Shown one piece after another: positions 19,781 to 29,154 of a DNA stretch of 64,000 nucleotides. The DNA comes from an uncultured Alphaproteobacteria bacterium (GTDB lineage Bacteria > Pseudomonadota > Alphaproteobacteria > ATCC43930 > CGMCC-115725). The stretch lies in the NCBI GenBank assembly GCA_963847345.1, contig CAWJZU010000008.1:3470-67469 (forward strand). Reading direction: 5' to 3'. Numbering within the stretch: the stretch's first letter is position 1; every line of letters starts with the position of its first letter. A program made the position numbers and the translations under genes. The notes beneath the pieces are model-generated. The model searched no databases. It saw nothing but the letters and a program-made list of their open reading frames with translations, and was not told where the DNA came from.

Positions 19781-20200
19781 TCAATCGGCTTCGTGCGTGC
19801 CTTCCCAGCCGGTGTGCGAAATGTCGATCACGACGCCGTCGGGGCCGGACCATTTCATTTCGAAATTGGCGTGGCCGCCGCCGGCCATCGCCGCGTCCAC
19901 GCCGTCCTTCGCCGACAGTCGTTGCGCGCGTGCGTGTTCGAGCGTGTCGCAGGCCTGGTCGAGATCCTCGACCTCGAAGCCGAAATGATGGATGCCACTG
20001 AAGTTCGGCCCATGCGCGCCCATGTCGAGCGAGCGCTCGTCCTTGTGGTTGAGGATCGCCAAATTGATGTGGCCATCGCTCAAGAACACGGCGCCGTTCG
20101 GACTGCGGCGCAACTCCTTGAGACCGAACGCCGCCTTGTAGAATTCGGCGACCTTGGCCGGCTCCTTGGTGGTCAGCGCGATATGCCGGATGCGTGCCAT
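19781..20200 (-). CDS. VOC family protein (tandem paralogue 2)
   Basis: ATG at 20200. MARIRHIALTTKEPAKVAEFYKAAFGLKELRR...GIHHFGFEVEDL...WSGPDGVVIDISHTGWEGTHEAD. Confidence 0.8.
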   Translation of the reverse strand: MARIRHIALTTKEPAKVAEFYKAAFGLKELRRSPNGAVFLSDGHINLAILNHKDERSLDMGAHGPNFSGIHHFGFEVEDLDQACDTLEHARAQRLSAKDGVDAAMAGGGHANFEMKWSGPDGVVIDISHTGWEGTHEAD

Positions 20201-20219
20201 CGTCGTTTTCTCCATTGCG

Positions 20220-21617
20220 TTACGCCGTTGGTCTGATGTTTTGGTTCAGCCGAAACAGATTGGTCGGATCGTACTTGTTCTTCAAGTCGACCAACCGATC
20301 ATAGTTGCGGCTATACGCGCCACGGATGCGTATCGCTTCCTCTGCGTCCAAGTGGTTGACGTAAACCTCGCCGGTCGAGAACGGCTCGACGGCAGTCCAG
20401 AAGTCGCGGGTCCATTTGATGTGATCGGAGCTCTCCGCCGGATTAGTCCATTGCGAGATGACGTCGTAATCCCACTGGTCGTCACGCAGCCCGAATGCTG
20501 TAGCGTCCGGATCGACGCGGGCCGCAGCCCCGTGGAGGTGGTAGAAAAGAACATTCGACATCGGCGAAAGAAACTTCGCCGAGCGCGCCAAGACGACTTC
20601 GATCATATCGTCGCCGAGTTCTTTTAAGAAGCTCGATTTCCAATAGCGCTGCATACCGCCGTACGGAAACGCCGCGTCGAACAACGAATTCAGCGCGACG
20701 TACGAAGTCGGCGCGATCGTATCGGCCAACGGCGAACCGAATTTGCGCAGCGGCAGCATCACCTTTTCGCCTTCTTCGATGTCCCCAATATAACTGGCGA
20801 CAATCACGGCCACAGGCATACCTTCGGGCGATGTCATCAGCGCTGCCGCGGCGAGCGCCTCATCCGGACAGCTGCGGCAGAACTCCCGGTAGAAGCGCAA
20901 CACCTCGCGCGCCTTCTCCATAGGATGGATGACCATACCGGCCAATACTGAAGTGACCGGATGGAGGCGGTATTCGAAGGCGGTGACGACCCCGAAATTG
21001 CCGCCACCACCACGTAGGCCCCAAAAGAGATCGGAATTTTGTTCGGCACTGGCGGTCAAAAACTCGCCGTCGGCGGTGATCAGATCGGCCGAAAGCAGGT
21101 TGTCGCAGCTGAGGCCGTGGCTGCCCATCAGCCAGCCCAGCCCGCCGCCGAGCGTCAGCCCGGCGATACCGGTCGTCGAGACCACGCCCCCGGTGGTGGC
21201 GAGACCGAAAGCTTGCGTCTCGCGATTGAATTCACCCCAGGTCAGCCCGGCCTGGGCACGCGCAATCCGTTTGACCGGATCGACCCACATCCCCTTCATC
21301 GGCGACAGATCGATCATCAGACCGCCCTCGCAAACGGCATTGCCGGTGATGTTGTGGCCGCCCCCCTTGACCGACACCAAAAGCCGGTGTGTGCGGGCAA
21401 AGCGCACCGCGGCAATGACATCGGAGACGCCGGCACAGCGCGCGATCAGCGCCGGCCGCCGGTCGATCATGCCATTCCAAACAACGCGCGCCGGGTCGAA
21501 ACCGTCCTGCTCCGGACGCAGCAACGGACCTCGCAACGCCTCGGCGAATGCCTCGACCGCGGCTTCTTCCAAAATCGCGTCAGCGCCTTCCGACGTGGCG
21601 ATCCGCAGATCCGTCAT
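20220..21617 (-). CDS. FAD-binding oxidoreductase with C-terminal berberine-bridge (BBE)-like domain
   Basis: ATG at 21617 (MTDLRIATSEG). PCMH-type FAD domain (VSVKGGGHNITG...GIAGLTLGGGLGWL) and a C-terminal BBE-like end (YSRNYDRLVDLKNKYDPTNLFRLNQNI). Confidence 0.85.
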   Translation of the reverse strand: MTDLRIATSEGADAILEEAAVEAFAEALRGPLLRPEQDGFDPARVVWNGMIDRRPALIARCAGVSDVIAAVRFARTHRLLVSVKGGGHNITGNAVCEGGLMIDLSPMKGMWVDPVKRIARAQAGLTWGEFNRETQAFGLATTGGVVSTTGIAGLTLGGGLGWLMGSHGLSCDNLLSADLITADGEFLTASAEQNSDLFWGLRGGGGNFGVVTAFEYRLHPVTSVLAGMVIHPMEKAREVLRFYREFCRSCPDEALAAAALMTSPEGMPVAVIVASYIGDIEEGEKVMLPLRKFGSPLADTIAPTSYVALNSLFDAAFPYGGMQRYWKSSFLKELGDDMIEVVLARSAKFLSPMSNVLFYHLHGAAARVDPDATAFGLRDDQWDYDVISQWTNPAESSDHIKWTRDFWTAVEPFSTGEVYVNHLDAEEAIRIRGAYSRNYDRLVDLKNKYDPTNLFRLNQNIRPTA

Positions 21618-21700
21618 GCCGATGCCTCCCGGTCGTGTTGTTGCGATTATTTCATGTCTTGCATATACCAAATCGCCGCATCTTTATCGATAGTCTGTTG

Positions 21701-24069
21701 TTAGCCGGCTTTGCCGTGAATGGCCCGCCACACCCGTTCCGGCGTCGCCGGCATCTCGACGTGCGTCACGCCGAACTCGGCTAGCGCATCGACGATCGCG
21801 TTGATGACGACGCCGAGCGCCGGGGTCGTGCCGCCTTCGCCGGCCGGGCGCATGCCCAGCGGGTGCGTCGGGCACGGCACCTCGGACAGTTCGGTGTTGA
21901 AGAACGGCAAGCAGATCGGCGCGCGGCATCGCGTAATCCATGAACGAGCCGGTCAGGAGCTGCGCCGTGTCGCGGTCATAGACGACCTGCTCCCACAGCG
22001 CCTGGCCGACCCCCTGCACGATGCCGCCATGGATCTGGCCGTGCACGATCATCGGGTTGATCGCGCGCCCGCAATCGTCGACCGCGTTGTAGCGGACGAT
22101 CTCGGCTTCGCCGGTCTCGGGATCGACCTCGATCTCGCAGACATGGCAGCCGTACGGGAAGCTGGCGATGTTGACGGTTTCGTCGCCCTCGCCGCGCAAG
22201 CGGCCCGCGCAAATTCTCCGGCAGATCGGCGCGGGTCTCCGCGGCGCGCGCGACCTCGAACAGGCCGACGGCGCGGTCGGTGCCCTTGACCCGGAACTGC
22301 CCGCCCGAGAATTCGAGGTCGGGCGTGGCGGCTTCGAGCAGGTGGCCGGCGATGCGCAGCCCCTTCTCGATGATGATGTTCGACGCGTTCAGCATGACGA
22401 TGCTGGCGAGCCGCAGCGCCCGGCCGGAATGCGCGCCGCCGCCGACCGAGACGCGGTCGGTGTCGCCGGTCACGAGCCGCACGCTGTCGAGCGGCACGCC
22501 AAGCCATTCGGTGACGAGCTGCGCGAAACTCGTCTCGTGCCCCTGGCCCTGCGACACGGTGCCGACGACGCACCTCGATTTCGCCGCTATCGTTTCCGAT
22601 CAGGCTTGACGGTGATCTCGGCCCGCTCGCGCGGCGCGCCGGTCGCGGTGTCGACGTAGTTCGCGACGCCGATGCCGCGGCATTTTCCCCGTTGACGCGC
22701 CGCCTGTTGTCGCGCCGGAAAGCCGCTCCAATCGGCGATTGCCAGCACGCGTTCCATAACCCGGTGATAGGCGCCGCTGTCATAGACCATGCCGAACGGG
22801 TTGGTGTACGGCATCATCGATTCCGGCACGAGGTTGCGCCGGCGCAAGTTCGATGCGATCGAGGCCGGTCTGCCGCGCGGCAAGGTCGATCAGCCGCTCC
22901 ATGACGAACATGACCTCGGGCCGGCCGGAGCTGCGATAGGGGCGGGTCGGCGCGGTGTTGGTCAGCGCGGCGCGGGCGCGGAAGAACACGGCCGGCACAT
23001 GATAGATGCTCGACATGATCTCGACCCCCTTGTTGAGGGAGCCGAAGGCGAGCGCGTAGGCGCCCTGGTTGACGAGGTTCGAGCCGCGCATCGCGAGAAA
23101 ATGCCCGTCGCGATCGAGCGCCAGTTCGGCGGTGACAGCGAGGTCGCGCGCCTGGTGGTCGCTGGAAAAATACTCGCTGCGGTCGCCGGTCCATTTGACC
23201 GGACGGCCGACCCGGCGCGCCGCCCAGCAGACGATCGCGAATTCCGGGTTGAAGCCGCCGCGCGTGCCGAAATTGCCGCCGACATCGTGCATGACGACGC
23301 GCGCCTGCTCCGGCGGGACCCCGAGCACCAGCGCCAGATCGCGCCTGCGGGCTGACCGCGCCGCCAGCCCCGGCATGCAAGCGTGTAGCGGCCGGTCTCG
23401 TTGTCGTACTCGCCGATCGCGGCGCGCGGCTCCATCGGCACGCCGGCGATGCGCTGCACCCAGGTCTCGAAGCGGACGACATGAGCGGCCGTGGCGAAGG
23501 CGGCTTCGGTCGCGGCCGGATCGCCGACCTCGCCGTCGAGGATGATGTTTGTGCTGGCCTGCCGCGCGCGTGGCGCGTCGCGGTTCGGCGGCGACGAGAC
23601 TGTGCGCGACCGCCGGCAGCGGCTCGTAATCGACCGCCACAAGTTCGGCGGCGTCCTTCGCCGCGGCGAGCGAGGTCGCGATCACCGCGGCGACGATCTC
23701 GCCGACATGGCACACTTCGGGACCGATGATCGCGGTCTGATCCGGGCGAACAGTCGGAGAACCGTCCTTGTTCTTGATGCTGATATCGGCCGGGTGCGAT
23801 GTTGGCGATATTCGGCAGCGGGTTCAGCCCGTCGGCGCGCACATCCTCGGCGGTCAGCACCGCCAGCACGCCCGGCGCAGCACGCGCCGCCGTCGCTGTC
23901 GATCTTGCGGATCAGCGCGTGCGCGTGCGGCGAGCGCACCATCACCGCATAGGCCTGACCCGGCAGGTTGAGGTCGTCGCTGTAGCGGCCCTGCCCGGTC
24001 AAGCAGGCGCAGATCCTCGCGCCGCCTTACCGGCTGGCCGATACCCGTCCCCGTTGCGCCCCCGTCCAT
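21701..24069 (-). pseudogene. xanthine dehydrogenase/aldehyde oxidase/CoxL-family molybdopterin-binding large subunit, multiply frameshifted
   Basis: Homologous segments are scattered over all three minus frames in track ORFs 23854..24069, 23682..24002, 22814..23869, 22780..23715, 22962..23642, 22587..22883, 22049..22783, 21976..22557, 21684..22199 and 21701..21910. Examples: [93 protein letters not shown]. Confidence 0.85.
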
Positions 24070-24078
24070 GCGCCCGCC

Positions 24079-25257
24079 TTAAGCCGCATCCAGCTTGAAA
24101 TACTTCACCGCATTCCCGGCCCACATCTTCGCCTTCTCGTCGGCGGGGACATTTTCGTAGATCTCGTCGATCAGCGGGCGCGAGTTCGGCCATTCATTCT
24201 CGATATGCGGGAAGTCGGTCGCGAACATGATGTGATCGACGCCGACATGGTGGCGCATTTCGACAGCGACGCGCTCGTACTGCACCGTGAAATGGACGTT
24301 TTCGCGGACGTAGTGGCTCGGCAGTTCCTTTAGCGGCTTGAAGCCGAGCATTTCCTCGGCCCAGTTCAAATGCCGCTTGTACCAGAGGTCCATGTGTTCG
24401 AGCCAGAACGGGACCCACCCGAGCCGCGTCTCGGCGAAGAATACCTGGAGCCGCGGATAGCGCTCGAACACGCCGGCCAGCACGAGCTGCGCGATGCTGA
24501 CCGACGGCGGCAATCCGAAATTGACGATCCATTCGAGAAACGGCCGGCGCAGCCGCGCCATCACCTCCGGGTCTTCCTTCGGGTATTTGAAGGTCGGCTG
24601 GTTGGCGCGCGCGCCGGTGCGGTAGAGCTGCACGTGCACCGTCACCGGCATGTCGAGATCGAGCGCGGCGGCCCAGAACCGGTCGTCCTCCGGGGTCGGA
24701 TAGCCTTTCGCGTTTGGCAAGGCGCCGAGCAGGACGCCCTTGAGGCCGAGTTTCTTGCAATGCTCCATCTCGGCGATCGCGTCATCGACATTGGTGATCG
24801 GTATGACCCCCATGCCGATCAGCCGATCGGGCGCGACGGCGCAATATTCCTCGCCGAGCCAGTCGTTGTAGCCGCGGATCACGGCCTTGTAGACCTCGTC
24901 ATGCGCGATGTTGCGCCAGAACACCGGCCCCGCGACCATCGCCGCGAACAGGACCTCGGCGTCGAGCCCGTCCTCGTCCTGTTCCTTGACGCGCTGCTCC
25001 GGGCCGCCGGTGCCGGCCGCGTCGGCGACCTTGAGGCCGAAGGGCTGCCATGTCCCGGCCGCCCGCCCGGCGCGCAGATCGAGAAAATTGGCCTCCAGGA
25101 GCGGCTGGCCCTCGATCATCAGCGCGTCGCCGCCATCGGGCAGCTTCACCGTATGCGGCGCCCGTTCCCGGTACTTCTCGGGCACCCGATGCACCCAGCG
25201 CTCGGGCGGCACCTCAAGATGTCCGTCCGCCGACATCAGCCTGTATTGCCTCGGCAT
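24079..25257 (-). CDS. amidohydrolase family protein (Amidohydro_2 / ACMSD-like metal-dependent hydrolase)
   Basis: 392 aa. MPRQYRLMSADGHLEVPPERW...; terminal region ...DHIMFATDFPHIE is typical of amidohydrolase 2. Confidence 0.8.
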   Translation of the reverse strand: MPRQYRLMSADGHLEVPPERWVHRVPEKYRERAPHTVKLPDGGDALMIEGQPLLEANFLDLRAGRAAGTWQPFGLKVADAAGTGGPEQRVKEQDEDGLDAEVLFAAMVAGPVFWRNIAHDEVYKAVIRGYNDWLGEEYCAVAPDRLIGMGVIPITNVDDAIAEMEHCKKLGLKGVLLGALPNAKGYPTPEDDRFWAAALDLDMPVTVHVQLYRTGARANQPTFKYPKEDPEVMARLRRPFLEWIVNFGLPPSVSIAQLVLAGVFERYPRLQVFFAETRLGWVPFWLEHMDLWYKRHLNWAEEMLGFKPLKELPSHYVRENVHFTVQYERVAVEMRHHVGVDHIMFATDFPHIENEWPNSRPLIDEIYENVPADEKAKMWAGNAVKYFKLDAA

Positions 25258-25375
25258 TCCGATCTCCCTCGAACCGTTGCCGCCATCCTAGCAAGCGCCG
25301 CGGCCCCGCGACACCCCTCGCGGCTCGATCCTCGCCGCCGTCCCGCGAGCCTTCAGCCCACGCGACGGCGGCGGT

Positions 25376-25615
25376 TCAATAGATGAAGATGAAGCCGTGA
25401 TATTGATACCAATCACGGCCCGACCCGTCGTGCTTCAGCTCGAGATCGCCCTCCTCGATCCTGACCCGATCCGGCACGAACGGGCAATCCTCCGGCATCT
25501 CCTCGGTAACCGCGTAGACGATCCCGCCCTCCCAGACGAGATGACCGCGACAGGTGAACTGCTCCTTGCCAAAGCGCACCGTGAACACGACGGACGGGTT
25601 TTCTTCACGAGGCAT
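25376..25615 (-). CDS. small hypothetical protein (79 aa)
   Basis: ATG at 25615. MPREENPSVVFTVRFGKEQFTCRGHLVWEGGIVYAVTEEMPEDCPFVPDRVRIEEGDLELKHDGSGRDWYQYHGFIFIY. No family recognised. The upstream part of track ORF 25376..25888 is a duplicated gene fragment. Confidence 0.4.
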   Translation of the reverse strand: MPREENPSVVFTVRFGKEQFTCRGHLVWEGGIVYAVTEEMPEDCPFVPDRVRIEEGDLELKHDGSGRDWYQYHGFIFIY

Positions 25616-25662
25616 TGGCGACACCGCTATATATTCGCACCGGTTTGTATTCGCACCGAGCG

Positions 25663-25833
25663 TGTCACCGCCATCAAGCAATTTGACCGTATGCGGTGCC
25701 CGTTCCCGGTACTTCTCGGGCACGCAATGCACCAGCACTTCGGCGGCACTTCGAGATGCCCGTCCGCCGACATCGGCTTGTATTGGCACTGCATTCCAAC
25801 GCCTCCCTGCTTCGCCGCGATACCTTAGCAAGC
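25663..25833 (-). pseudogene. duplicated 5' fragment (upstream ~40 bp plus first ~45 codons) of an amidohydrolase paralogue, frameshifted
   Basis: Roughly 80 percent nucleotide identity by eye to 25126-25297. Reads MQCQYKPMSADGHLEVPP, then shifts frame to ...VPEKYRERAPHTVKLLDGGDTL. Confidence 0.75.
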
Positions 25834-25897
25834 GTTTCACGAGGGCGACACTGCATCGATGGAATACTCTGCGCCGCGCCGGGTGCATCGCCGATTC

Positions 25898-26587
25898 TTA
25901 CTGGTTCGTGCGCTTGAACCTGATCGTTCGGCCATGCCGGTCGAACACGAGGTCGCCATTAACAATCGCCAGCGGCGTCGCTTGGAAAGCGACCTTGCCG
26001 ATGTCGTTCGGCTCGAACCGAAAGCGCAGCGAATAGCCGGTACCTGGGTCGAGCGGCACCTGCTGGCTCATAATATCGAACATCTGCAGCATCAGGCGAA
26101 GGCCGATCGGGGCGTCCTCCCTGGCGAAGGGTAACAACAGGCCATCCTCGGCGAACTGTCGCCGCTCGGTCTGCCCGTTGGCCTTAGTGATTAGCGCGTT
26201 GAAATATTGTCGCGATGCGCCGCGCGGCACATCGAGCTGCACCTGGAGCACGCCGTCGGCCCCCCTGCCCTGCGAAACCAGCACAAAGCGGGGCGGGGTG
26301 ACGGGATCGCTTGTGAGCAATACCTGGTTGCCGCGGGTGGTCCATCGCCCGGCTGCCTGCTCGTCGAGCGCGCCATACGCCAGCGCGTAGCGGAAGCGGC
26401 CGTCGGCGGTCAGCTCGAGACCGACGGCCATTTCCATCTGATTGCCATCGTAGGTACCGGCGAGCGATGCCTGGGAGTCCGCCCGGCGCGCGGCAATTGT
26501 CGAGGCCGCGAGCAGCAGCACAAGCGACGACACAACAAAGCCTCGCCGGCGCGCAAAAAAACCGGCTCGAAAGGGGGCGAAGGCCAT
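25898..26587 (-). CDS. exported hypothetical protein
   Basis: ATG at 26587. MAFAPFRAGFFARRRGFVVSSLVLLLAASTIAA is a signal peptide with a twin-Arg-like RRRGF. No family recognised. Confidence 0.55.
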   Translation of the reverse strand: MAFAPFRAGFFARRRGFVVSSLVLLLAASTIAARRADSQASLAGTYDGNQMEMAVGLELTADGRFRYALAYGALDEQAAGRWTTRGNQVLLTSDPVTPPRFVLVSQGRGADGVLQVQLDVPRGASRQYFNALITKANGQTERRQFAEDGLLLPFAREDAPIGLRLMLQMFDIMSQQVPLDPGTGYSLRFRFEPNDIGKVAFQATPLAIVNGDLVFDRHGRTIRFKRTNQ

Positions 26588-26839
26588 GTTTCCGGTCCTG
26601 CTTGACAGCGGCGTATTGCACCCGCACGCCGGCTGCCCGGCCGGTAACGAGACGCTCGCCGGAGCCGGTGCATTTCCGCGCGATGGTGTCATAGAGATGG
26701 CTTGGCTCCAAGAGCTTCGGCCGGATCGCGCAATCGAAGACTGCGCCTAGGCGGGCCGCCTCTGTGCCGATTCCCCGGTTTGCTGTGGGCCGCGGTTCGC
26801 CGTCGTGGTAAATGGACCGCGAGCAAAAGGAGGCCGCAA

Positions 26840-28042
26840 ATGGATCTTCGCCTCAGCCCCGAGGAACAGGCGTTTCGCGCCGAGGTGCGCGGCTTCATTC
26901 GCGACAACCTGCCGGCCGACATCGCCGCGCGGATGCGCGACAGCCGGGCGGCGCGCAAGCAGGACATCGTCGCCTGGCAGCGCATTCTCAACAAGCGCGG
27001 CTGGGCTGCCTATAGCTGGCCCCCGGAATGGGGTGGGCCGGGCTGGTCGGCCGTCGAGCGCATGATCTTCCTCGAGGAGATCCAGACCTATCCGGCACCC
27101 GAGGTGCAGCCGTTCAACATCACAATGCTGGGGCCGGTGCTGATCCAGTTCGGCACGCCGGAGCAGAAAACGCGGTTCCTGCCGCGCGCCGCCAATGTCG
27201 ACGATTGGTGGTGCCAGGGGTTCTCGGAGCCCGGCGCCGGCTCGGACCTTGCCGCTCTGAAGACCGCGGCGCGGCGCGATGGCGACGAGTACCTCGTCAA
27301 CGGCCAGAAGATCTGGACCTCGACGGCGCACCAGGCCGATTGGTGCTTTGTCCTCGTGCGCACCAACCCACAGGCGGCAAAAAAACAGGAAGGGATTTCG
27401 TTCCTGCTGATCGACATGAAGACGCCCGGCATCACGGTGCGGCCGATCATCTCGATCGACGGCAGCCACCATTTGAACGAGGTGTTCTTCGACGACGTCC
27501 GCGTGCCGGCCGCGATGCTGGTCGGCGAGGAGAACAAGGGCTGGGACGTCGCGAAGTTTCTGCTGGGCAACGAGCGCACCGGCATCGCGCGGCTCGGCAA
27601 GTCGAAGGAGCGGGTCAAATTCGCCAAGGAGCAGGCGAAGGAGATGCGCGCCAATGGAAGGCCGCTGATCGAGGACCCGGAATTCCGCCGACGCATCGCG
27701 CTGCTCGAAACTGAGCTGAAATCATTAGAGATCACGCAGCTGCGGGTGCTGTCGGCGCAAAAGGCCGGCGAGCGGCGGCAGGACCCGCTGACCGCGGTGC
27801 TGAAGCTCAAGGGCACCGAACTGTTGCAAGCAACCACCGAATTGGCGATGGATGTCGGCGGACCGCTCTCGATGCCGGACTGGGAAGACGAGTTGGAGGC
27901 GCTCAGCAACGAGCCGGAATTGGGCCCGGTCTGGGCCGCCGAGGCGACCCGCGGCTATCTGTTCCTGCGCGCCGCCTCGATCTACGGCGGCACCAACGAG
28001 ATCATGAAGAACATCGTCTCGAAGGGCGTGCTGGGTCTGTAG
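26840..28042 (+). CDS. acyl-CoA dehydrogenase family protein
   Basis: ATG at 26840 after AAGGAGG. MDLRLSPEEQAFRAEVRGFI...WWCQGFSEPGAGSDLAALKT...IYGGTNEIMKNIV. Confidence 0.9.
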   Translation: MDLRLSPEEQAFRAEVRGFIRDNLPADIAARMRDSRAARKQDIVAWQRILNKRGWAAYSWPPEWGGPGWSAVERMIFLEEIQTYPAPEVQPFNITMLGPVLIQFGTPEQKTRFLPRAANVDDWWCQGFSEPGAGSDLAALKTAARRDGDEYLVNGQKIWTSTAHQADWCFVLVRTNPQAAKKQEGISFLLIDMKTPGITVRPIISIDGSHHLNEVFFDDVRVPAAMLVGEENKGWDVAKFLLGNERTGIARLGKSKERVKFAKEQAKEMRANGRPLIEDPEFRRRIALLETELKSLEITQLRVLSAQKAGERRQDPLTAVLKLKGTELLQATTELAMDVGGPLSMPDWEDELEALSNEPELGPVWAAEATRGYLFLRAASIYGGTNEIMKNIVSKGVLGL

Positions 28043-28048
28043 TTTCGC

Positions 28049-28107
28049 CGCGGAAGAGGGTGGTTGACCCGGACAGCGTTCTCAAACCCCGCGACGCGGA
28101 AGAGGGT
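28049..28107. promoter_or_regulatory. perfect 13-bp direct repeat in the acyl-CoA DH/cupin spacer (possible operator)
   Basis: CGCGGAAGAGGGT occurs at 28049-28061 and again at 28095-28107, 46 bp apart, 33 nt upstream of the cupin ATG. Confidence 0.3.
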
Positions 28108-28139
28108 CTTCATCAACATCGAAACGGGGGAGGAATGTC

Positions 28140-28619
28140 ATGGCTTTGCAAGTGCGGCGGGTTGTTACCGGGCACGATTCGAGCGGTCGCGCGATGGTCC
28201 AGATCGATGAGGTTTCGCAAAACCTGCGTTCGGCGCGGCCCGGTGCAACGGCCTGTGTGATCTGGACCAGCGAGGGTTTCCCGATCGACAACACCGGCAC
28301 GGAAGATGAGGGGCGGCGCGAGACCGGCACGACGCACGAGAACGGCACAGTGTTCCGCATCCTTGAATTGCAGCCCGGCAATACGCCGCGCGTGCATCGC
28401 ACCAACTCGCTCGATTACGCCGTCATCATGAAGGGCGAAATCGACATGGAGCTCGAAACCGGCGAGATCACGCACCTGAAAGCGGGCGATGTTGTCGTGC
28501 AGCGCGGCACGGTCCACAACTGGATCAACCGTGGCACCGAGCCCTGTGTCATCGCCTTCGTGCTGATCGCCGCGAAGCCGGTCGAGGTCGGCGGCAAGGT
28601 GCTCAACGCGTTTGGGTAG
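28140..28619 (+). CDS. cupin domain-containing protein
   Basis: 159 aa. Cupin motif region HRTNSLDYAVIMKGEIDMELETGE...LKAGDVVVQRGTVHNWIN. Confidence 0.75.
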   Translation: MALQVRRVVTGHDSSGRAMVQIDEVSQNLRSARPGATACVIWTSEGFPIDNTGTEDEGRRETGTTHENGTVFRILELQPGNTPRVHRTNSLDYAVIMKGEIDMELETGEITHLKAGDVVVQRGTVHNWINRGTEPCVIAFVLIAAKPVEVGGKVLNAFG

Positions 28620-28664
28620 CCGTGCTCGGACTGCCCCGGCATAACGCAGGAATAGCGCGCTCGT

Positions 28665-29144
28665 TTATGTCGGCGGCCCGGACCCCACCTCCCGGCACTT
28701 GACCAGGCGCAGCGGCGTGTAGGTCAGCGCTGTCGCGCCGTCCTGCTTGACGACGCGCACCCGGGTGCGCACGAGGCCGCGACCGGGGCGGCTTTTCGAG
28801 CGGCGCGCCTCGATAATCTCGCACTCGGCGTGGATCGTGTCGCCGGCGAGGACCGGGTTATCGACGGTCAGCTCCATATGCAGAAACGCGAAACCGGTGT
28901 GCTGCATCGTCGCCTGCACCAGGAGCCCCTCGGCGAAGCAGTAGACCAGCGCCCCCGGCGCGAGCCGCCCCTTGATGTCGCTCTCGTTCGCAAGAAACTC
29001 GGTGTTCGTGAACAGCACCTCGACCATGCCGGTGCAGTTGACGAAATTCGTTATATCGGCCGCGGTTATGGTGCGGCCGATCGTTTTGAAGCGGCGCCCG
29101 ACCGGCAGATCCTCGAAGTACAATCCGAGACCGAGAGTTTCCAT
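28665..29144 (-). CDS. MaoC-like (R)-hydratase / hot-dog fold dehydratase
   Basis: ATG at 29144. METLGLGLYFEDLPVGRRFKTIGRTITAADITNFVNCTG...GRLAPGALV... Confidence 0.8.
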   Translation of the reverse strand: METLGLGLYFEDLPVGRRFKTIGRTITAADITNFVNCTGMVEVLFTNTEFLANESDIKGRLAPGALVYCFAEGLLVQATMQHTGFAFLHMELTVDNPVLAGDTIHAECEIIEARRSKSRPGRGLVRTRVRVVKQDGATALTYTPLRLVKCREVGSGPPT

Positions 29145-29154
29145 TGGCGGGACC

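Noticed and set aside
18051-19988. 645-aa plus-strand ORF
   Set aside because: Shadow ORF antisense to the BNR and VOC genes, with no recognisable motifs.
25376-25888. 170-aa track ORF taken as one gene
   Set aside because: Its N-terminal two thirds are the out-of-frame/frameshifted duplicate of the amidohydrolase 5' end. Only the last 79 codons (from ATG 25615) look like an independent ORF.
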